A DNA stretch of 64,000 nt, taken from positions 576,001 to 640,000 of the forward strand of contig CAVTTL010000001.1 of assembly GCA_963737635.1 (NCBI GenBank), written 5' to 3'. Source of the stretch: an uncultured Methanoregulaceae archaeon. Its GTDB lineage: Archaea; Halobacteriota; Methanomicrobia; Methanomicrobiales; Methanospirillaceae. The notes under the pieces are model-generated. The model did not search any database. It saw only the letters and a program-made list of their open reading frames with translations, and had not been told where the DNA came from. Below, in pieces: positions 60,068-64,000 of this stretch (position 1 is its first letter; every line of letters begins with the position of its first letter). The translations under genes and the position numbers were made by a program.

Positions 60068-60817
60068 TCATATCAGTCCGGCAAGGATATCATGGCGGTC
60101 AATGATTCCGATCATGTCATCTTTTTCGATAACAGGAAGCCGGCTCACATCGTGATCGACCATAAGGCGTGCCGCTTCGGATAATGGTGCCCCACTTGCG
60201 ACCGCAATCACCTCTTTTGTCATCGTGTCTCCAACCGTCTTTGTGCCGTTCTGGGCAATAGCTGACCGCACGCCTCCTGACTTTATCAGGTCCCTGCGGG
60301 AGATAAGTCCCACGAGACGACGTTTCCTGATCACCGGGAATGCCGTGAACCCGCTTTCTACGATCTTTGCGTAAATCTGCTGGAGCGTGTCAGCTGGATC
60401 CGCGGTCGTAATCCGTGTTGACATGCGAGAGCGTACCAACCCGGAAAGCTCGTTCCTGGAGATAATAACCGGGAACAGATCGGATAAGAGTACCCCTCCC
60501 ATGATACGGCGGCATGAATCGGTTATCACTGCGCTGTCCGTGGAAAATTCCCGCATACCTTTTGCGAGGCACTCGATAGATGTTTCAGGCCCTGCGCTAG
60601 CAGCATCCTTGACAAAACCTTCAACAGTTATGTTCGATTTTGTCGCCGTCACCCGCAAAGCATCGGTTATATCGATATATCCCAGCAAGTCTTTTTTTAC
60701 CCCGGTGATGTAGATCTCGCGGAACCGGTCATCTCTTAAGATCTGCCGTGCCTTTGTTATCCCGTCATGATAGGTAAGCACAGGAATCTCAAGCATGAAA
60801 TCCCGTGCCGTTTTCAT
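60068..60817 (-). CDS. CBS-domain protein (4 CBS)
   Basis: FPVI, GLISRRD, SRLPV, GIIDRHD. Confidence 0.88.
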   Translation of the reverse strand: MKTARDFMLEIPVLTYHDGITKARQILRDDRFREIYITGVKKDLLGYIDITDALRVTATKSNITVEGFVKDAASAGPETSIECLAKGMREFSTDSAVITDSCRRIMGGVLLSDLFPVIISRNELSGLVRSRMSTRITTADPADTLQQIYAKIVESGFTAFPVIRKRRLVGLISRRDLIKSGGVRSAIAQNGTKTVGDTMTKEVIAVASGAPLSEAARLMVDHDVSRLPVIEKDDMIGIIDRHDILAGLI

Positions 60818-61380
60818 GTAAGGGTGTCCTCCTCCCGACAGCTGGGGCAGAGGAGGACACTATCCACCCGCTTAAGATCATCAGACATCTGACTGCATCG
60901 GCTGCACATACCCACTTCGATGTGGTCCTCGCGGTTAATCTCAATGAGATCGGTCAGGAGCTCATTTTGCTCGTTGGATATGGTCAGGAGGTCTCTCACG
61001 GTCACAATACCGATAACCTTACCTTTCTTATCGACCACGGGAAGTCTTCTGACCTTGTGCTTGACCATCATCTGGGCTGCGTCGACTACCGTCTTGTCCG
61101 CACTCACCGTGATGAGTGGCGTACTCATGATCGTACTTACCTGAACTGTGCTTGGCTTGAGATCCTTTGCCACCACTTTGCAATTGATATCCTCCTCGGT
61201 AACAATGCCGATTGGCTCGTTCTTCCGGAGGATGATTACGCTCCCGACTTCTTCACGGCACATGGCTCTTGCCGCTTTTGCTACATTTTCCTCTATGCTG
61301 ATCATGTTCGGGTTGCGTTTCATCACATCGCTCAACGGGACGCGGGTTTCAAACCGGATCGTGTTGGTTGTCTTTTTCAT
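60814..61380 (-). CDS. CBS-pair protein with C-terminal zinc ribbon
   Basis: GIVTEED, VRRLPV, C-terminal CSRC...CPSC. Confidence 0.88.
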   Translation of the reverse strand: MKKTTNTIRFETRVPLSDVMKRNPNMISIEENVAKAARAMCREEVGSVIILRKNEPIGIVTEEDINCKVVAKDLKPSTVQVSTIMSTPLITVSADKTVVDAAQMMVKHKVRRLPVVDKKGKVIGIVTVRDLLTISNEQNELLTDLIEINREDHIEVGMCSRCSQMSDDLKRVDSVLLCPSCREEDTLT

Positions 61381-61631
61381 GAGTCACCTCCTTGAAGTGC
61401 CTGGCTGATGATTACAATTAGCATCCTTTCCGCCCCTTGTATAAATAGAATGTGGCAGTGGCATATGCCCATGCGGCCGGGTAATAACAATGCAATTCCG
61501 GAGGGTACATTACACGAATCTCCAGACGGGCATTCACAAGAAACATAATAAAGAATCCTTTCCAAACACTACTAGCAGTTGGTGGTAAACCGGTTATACC
61601 GGCCTGCCGTTTAAACAAAAAGAGGGGCCCT

Positions 61632-62285
61632 ATGACGACATTTTCAAAGACATTGGGGAATGCAAAGAAGAGATTTTCCCTATTTCTCAAGCGGTTTTTC
61701 AAGAAGAAGCGAACCAGGATCGGGATTTACGGGCCGCCAAACGCCGGGAAAACGACTCTCGCAAACCGTATTGCCCGGGACTGGACCGGAGACGCGGTCG
61801 GACCGGTAAGCGAGATACCACACGAGACCAGAAGGGCACGCAAGCGGGAAGATATCGTAATCACCGGGGCAAACGGGCATACCGTAACTATCGACATTGT
61901 CGATACTCCCGGGGTAACAACTAAGATCGATTATCATGAATTTCTCGATTTTGGGATGGAGAAAGACGAGGCGATTATCCGGGCCCGGGAAGCGACCGAG
62001 GGGGTCGCGGAGGCAATGCACTGGCTCCGCGAAGATATCGATGGTGTTATCTACATGCTGGATTCGACGCTCGATCCCTTTATGCAGGTCAATATTATGA
62101 TGGTTGGAATCATTGAAAGCAGGAAGTTGCCGGTGATCATTGTTGCCAACAAGATCGACCTACCCGATGCAGCGCCGGCCCGGATTCGTAGCGCTTTTCC
62201 CCAGCACCCTGTCGTTGCAATATCAGGTCTTGAGGGCAGAAACACGGAAGAGCTGTACGAGAAGATGATTCAGAACTTTGCCTGA
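61632..62285 (+). CDS. Era-like GTP-binding protein (OapA-like)
   Basis: GPPNAGKT, PHETR, DTPG, NKID motifs. Confidence 0.85.
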   Translation: MTTFSKTLGNAKKRFSLFLKRFFKKKRTRIGIYGPPNAGKTTLANRIARDWTGDAVGPVSEIPHETRRARKREDIVITGANGHTVTIDIVDTPGVTTKIDYHEFLDFGMEKDEAIIRAREATEGVAEAMHWLREDIDGVIYMLDSTLDPFMQVNIMMVGIIESRKLPVIIVANKIDLPDAAPARIRSAFPQHPVVAISGLEGRNTEELYEKMIQNFA

Positions 62286-62300
62286 TTACGAGGGGAAATC

Positions 62301-62714
62301 ATGCCACACAAGTGCACCAAATGCGGCAGGGAATACAAGGACGGATCTACTGAGATCCTCAAAGGATGTGCAGACTGCGGCGGCAAGAAGTTCCTTTACG
62401 TAAAGGAATCCGAGATCAACAAGGATGTATTCGAAGAGAAGACGATCGAGGAGATTGCGGGAGAGTCAAAAGAAGAAGTACTCGAAGTTGTCGAACCCGA
62501 AATGAAGGGTAAGGCGAAAAAAGAAGTCGAGATGTTTGACCGTGTTGAGACGATCCGGATCGTCGGCCCGGGATCCTACGAGCTCAACATCGATAAGATG
62601 GCCAAGAGCGATGAGCGGATCGTGAGCGTTGGCGGCGAAGATGGCAGTTACATCATCGATCTTATGTCCATGGCAAAGGACGAACCAAAAAAGAAGAGGG
62701 CAAAGAAACGGTAA
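62301..62714 (+). CDS. Zn-ribbon protein (OapC/DUF2072-like)
   Basis: MPHKCTKCG...GCADCGGKKF, ETIRIVGPGSYELN. Confidence 0.82.
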   Translation: MPHKCTKCGREYKDGSTEILKGCADCGGKKFLYVKESEINKDVFEEKTIEEIAGESKEEVLEVVEPEMKGKAKKEVEMFDRVETIRIVGPGSYELNIDKMAKSDERIVSVGGEDGSYIIDLMSMAKDEPKKKRAKKR

Positions 62715-62757
62715 TATATCCCGGAGTAACCGGAACCTTTCCATTTTTAACCGGTGT

Positions 62758-63504
62758 TTACCGGCTCGCCAGTTCGTCCCGGATTCCCTCGTATGGGGCG
62801 GGAAGCCCAAGATCCCGGAAAAACCGGTCAGTAAACGACAGACTCGTTTTTACCGCCCATTCAGCACAACCATGCCCAAGGCACCGATCCGGGAAAAATG
62901 GAAGTTTTTTCGGAGCAAGAGGGTTTTCGGCAAACCGGTTTTTCAAAAGCCGTTCAAATTTTTCTGCGTGCGTCTCGTGATGGACACCAGCCGCCTGGCC
63001 GGTCTGGATGATCACCCATTCGCGCCGGTAGTGCATCAGGTAGTTTCGGATCCCGATCAGGTCCCTGATACCGGAGAAATCCGGGTCATCTTCTCCAAAC
63101 AACGGTTTTTGGCCTATCTCGAGGATCTTCTGGTATTTTTCCGGCAGCGGAGTCCGGTCAAAATAGTTCTCGTTCTTCCATTTCTCACCTATCGCCCGCA
63201 ACAAGGCCTCAGTTGAATTATCAGAAAAGAAGTACGCGTTATCCGCAGCGTCGGACCATAGTTCATTTATCGTAGATTCGAGGAACGCAACCGTAGAAAA
63301 AAGAGCATTGAGAATAAATGCCTCATGCCTGATGCGATGCTCTGAAGAGAGAGAGCCGGTCTTGGTAAATTCTTGTTCCAAGTTATACCCGAGCACGCAG
63401 AGAAGCGCTGCTGATTGGATATAACGGACTGAAAAACAGTCCCGGAACCGGATGACAATCCCCTCGGGAAGTTCCCGGTGTTGTCTTTCCATTGTACTTC
63501 CCAT
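62758..63504 (-). CDS. Hypothetical alpha-helical protein, possibly HEPN-like
   Basis: 248-aa ORF containing RNYLMH (Rx4H) and an upstream LES helix. Confidence 0.6.
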   Translation of the reverse strand: MGSTMERQHRELPEGIVIRFRDCFSVRYIQSAALLCVLGYNLEQEFTKTGSLSSEHRIRHEAFILNALFSTVAFLESTINELWSDAADNAYFFSDNSTEALLRAIGEKWKNENYFDRTPLPEKYQKILEIGQKPLFGEDDPDFSGIRDLIGIRNYLMHYRREWVIIQTGQAAGVHHETHAEKFERLLKNRFAENPLAPKKLPFFPDRCLGHGCAEWAVKTSLSFTDRFFRDLGLPAPYEGIRDELASR

Positions 63505-63649
63505 TTCTGTTTCGTACGGTAAAAAAGATACGGAGTCCGACGCGGATTCGGGTGGCCGGAGGCATCAGGGTGAAACTGCCCGGTTATAGATATCCTTAAT
63601 ATTTGCAGGAGTCAATAAGAGAATAGCACTTTTTATAGGGTGCTGACAG

Positions 63650-63744
63650 ATGTAAGTCCGACGTGCCATTTCAGGCACGGCCTCAAACATGGCTTTGGGA
63701 TTACAGAGAGTCAGTAAACGTACTGCACTTTTCTGGACTTACAT
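63650..63744 (+). promoter_or_regulatory. Structured 5' leader of rps15 (candidate S15 r-leader)
   Basis: ATGTAAGTCC (63650-63659) pairs perfectly with GGACTTACAT (63735-63744); inner hairpin CGTGCC-ATTTCA-GGCACG; TTTTATA box just upstream and GGAGGT RBS downstream. Confidence 0.7.
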
Positions 63745-63766
63745 TACCGTAACAGGAGGTATAATT

Positions 63767-64000
63767 ATGGCACGAATGCACGCCAGAAGAAGAGGAAAAT
63801 CAAGCTCTGTGCGGCCTGCGCGAAAAGAAGCGCCAGTGTGGTCCAACACGGACAAGGCAGCGATCGAGAAACTTATTGTCGATCTCCGCAAGGAAGGCAC
63901 ATCAGGCAGTATGATTGGTCTGATCCTGCGGGACCGCTACGGCGTCCCGGATGTCAAGATGATCACCGGAAAACGTATCGGCGATATCTTAAAAGAGAAC
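63767..64000 (+). CDS. rps15: 30S ribosomal protein S15 (5' part, runs off the window)
   Basis: Manual translation MARMHARRRGKSSSVRP...IGLILRDRYGVPDVKMITGK; GGAGGT RBS. Confidence 0.95.
   Translation, partial: MARMHARRRGKSSSVRPARKEAPVWSNTDKAAIEKLIVDLRKEGTSGSMIGLILRDRYGVPDVKMITGKRIGDILKEN

Noticed and set aside
61381-61631. Replication origin next to the oap-like genes
   Set aside because: No repeated ORB-like boxes and no cdc6/orc1 gene in the window.

Overview
64 kb of core chromosome from a hydrogenotrophic methanogen. The 16S/23S sequence and protein content point to Methanomicrobiales, probably Methanoregulaceae/Methanoregula-like; the genus is inferred, not searched. Contents: serA, a ppsA-mfnA-hpt-dph2-methyltransferase operon, a minus-strand rRNA operon (16S-23S-tRNA-Cys-5S), smc/scpA, a glyA-folD-folP-cofE-like cluster, cofC/cofG, RNase III, an orphan DNA methyltransferase, the conserved tRNA-Ser-rps13...rpoN-tRNA-Pro-rpoK-eno-rps2-mvk-ipk-fni-rnj-idsA-gltX superoperon, a five-gene CBS cluster, oapA/oapC-like genes and the start of rps15. 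No CRISPR array, IS element or prophage was seen. Notable observations: (1) the 16S-23S spacer holds, where tRNA-Ala normally sits, a ~57-nt tRNA-like element with acceptor stem, D-like arm and T arm but no anticodon arm; (2) a second, degenerate 5S rRNA copy lies just downstream of the intact one; (3) the CofE paralog in the folate operon is a candidate FolC2-type dihydrofolate synthase; (4) eight single-base frameshifts in conserved genes fall on or beside AGCT, which suggests base-calling errors caused by host AGCT methylation rather than real pseudogenes; (5) a coiled-coil gene directly upstream of smc, with no scpB nearby, is a candidate SMC accessory factor. All family assignments come from motif recognition by eye.
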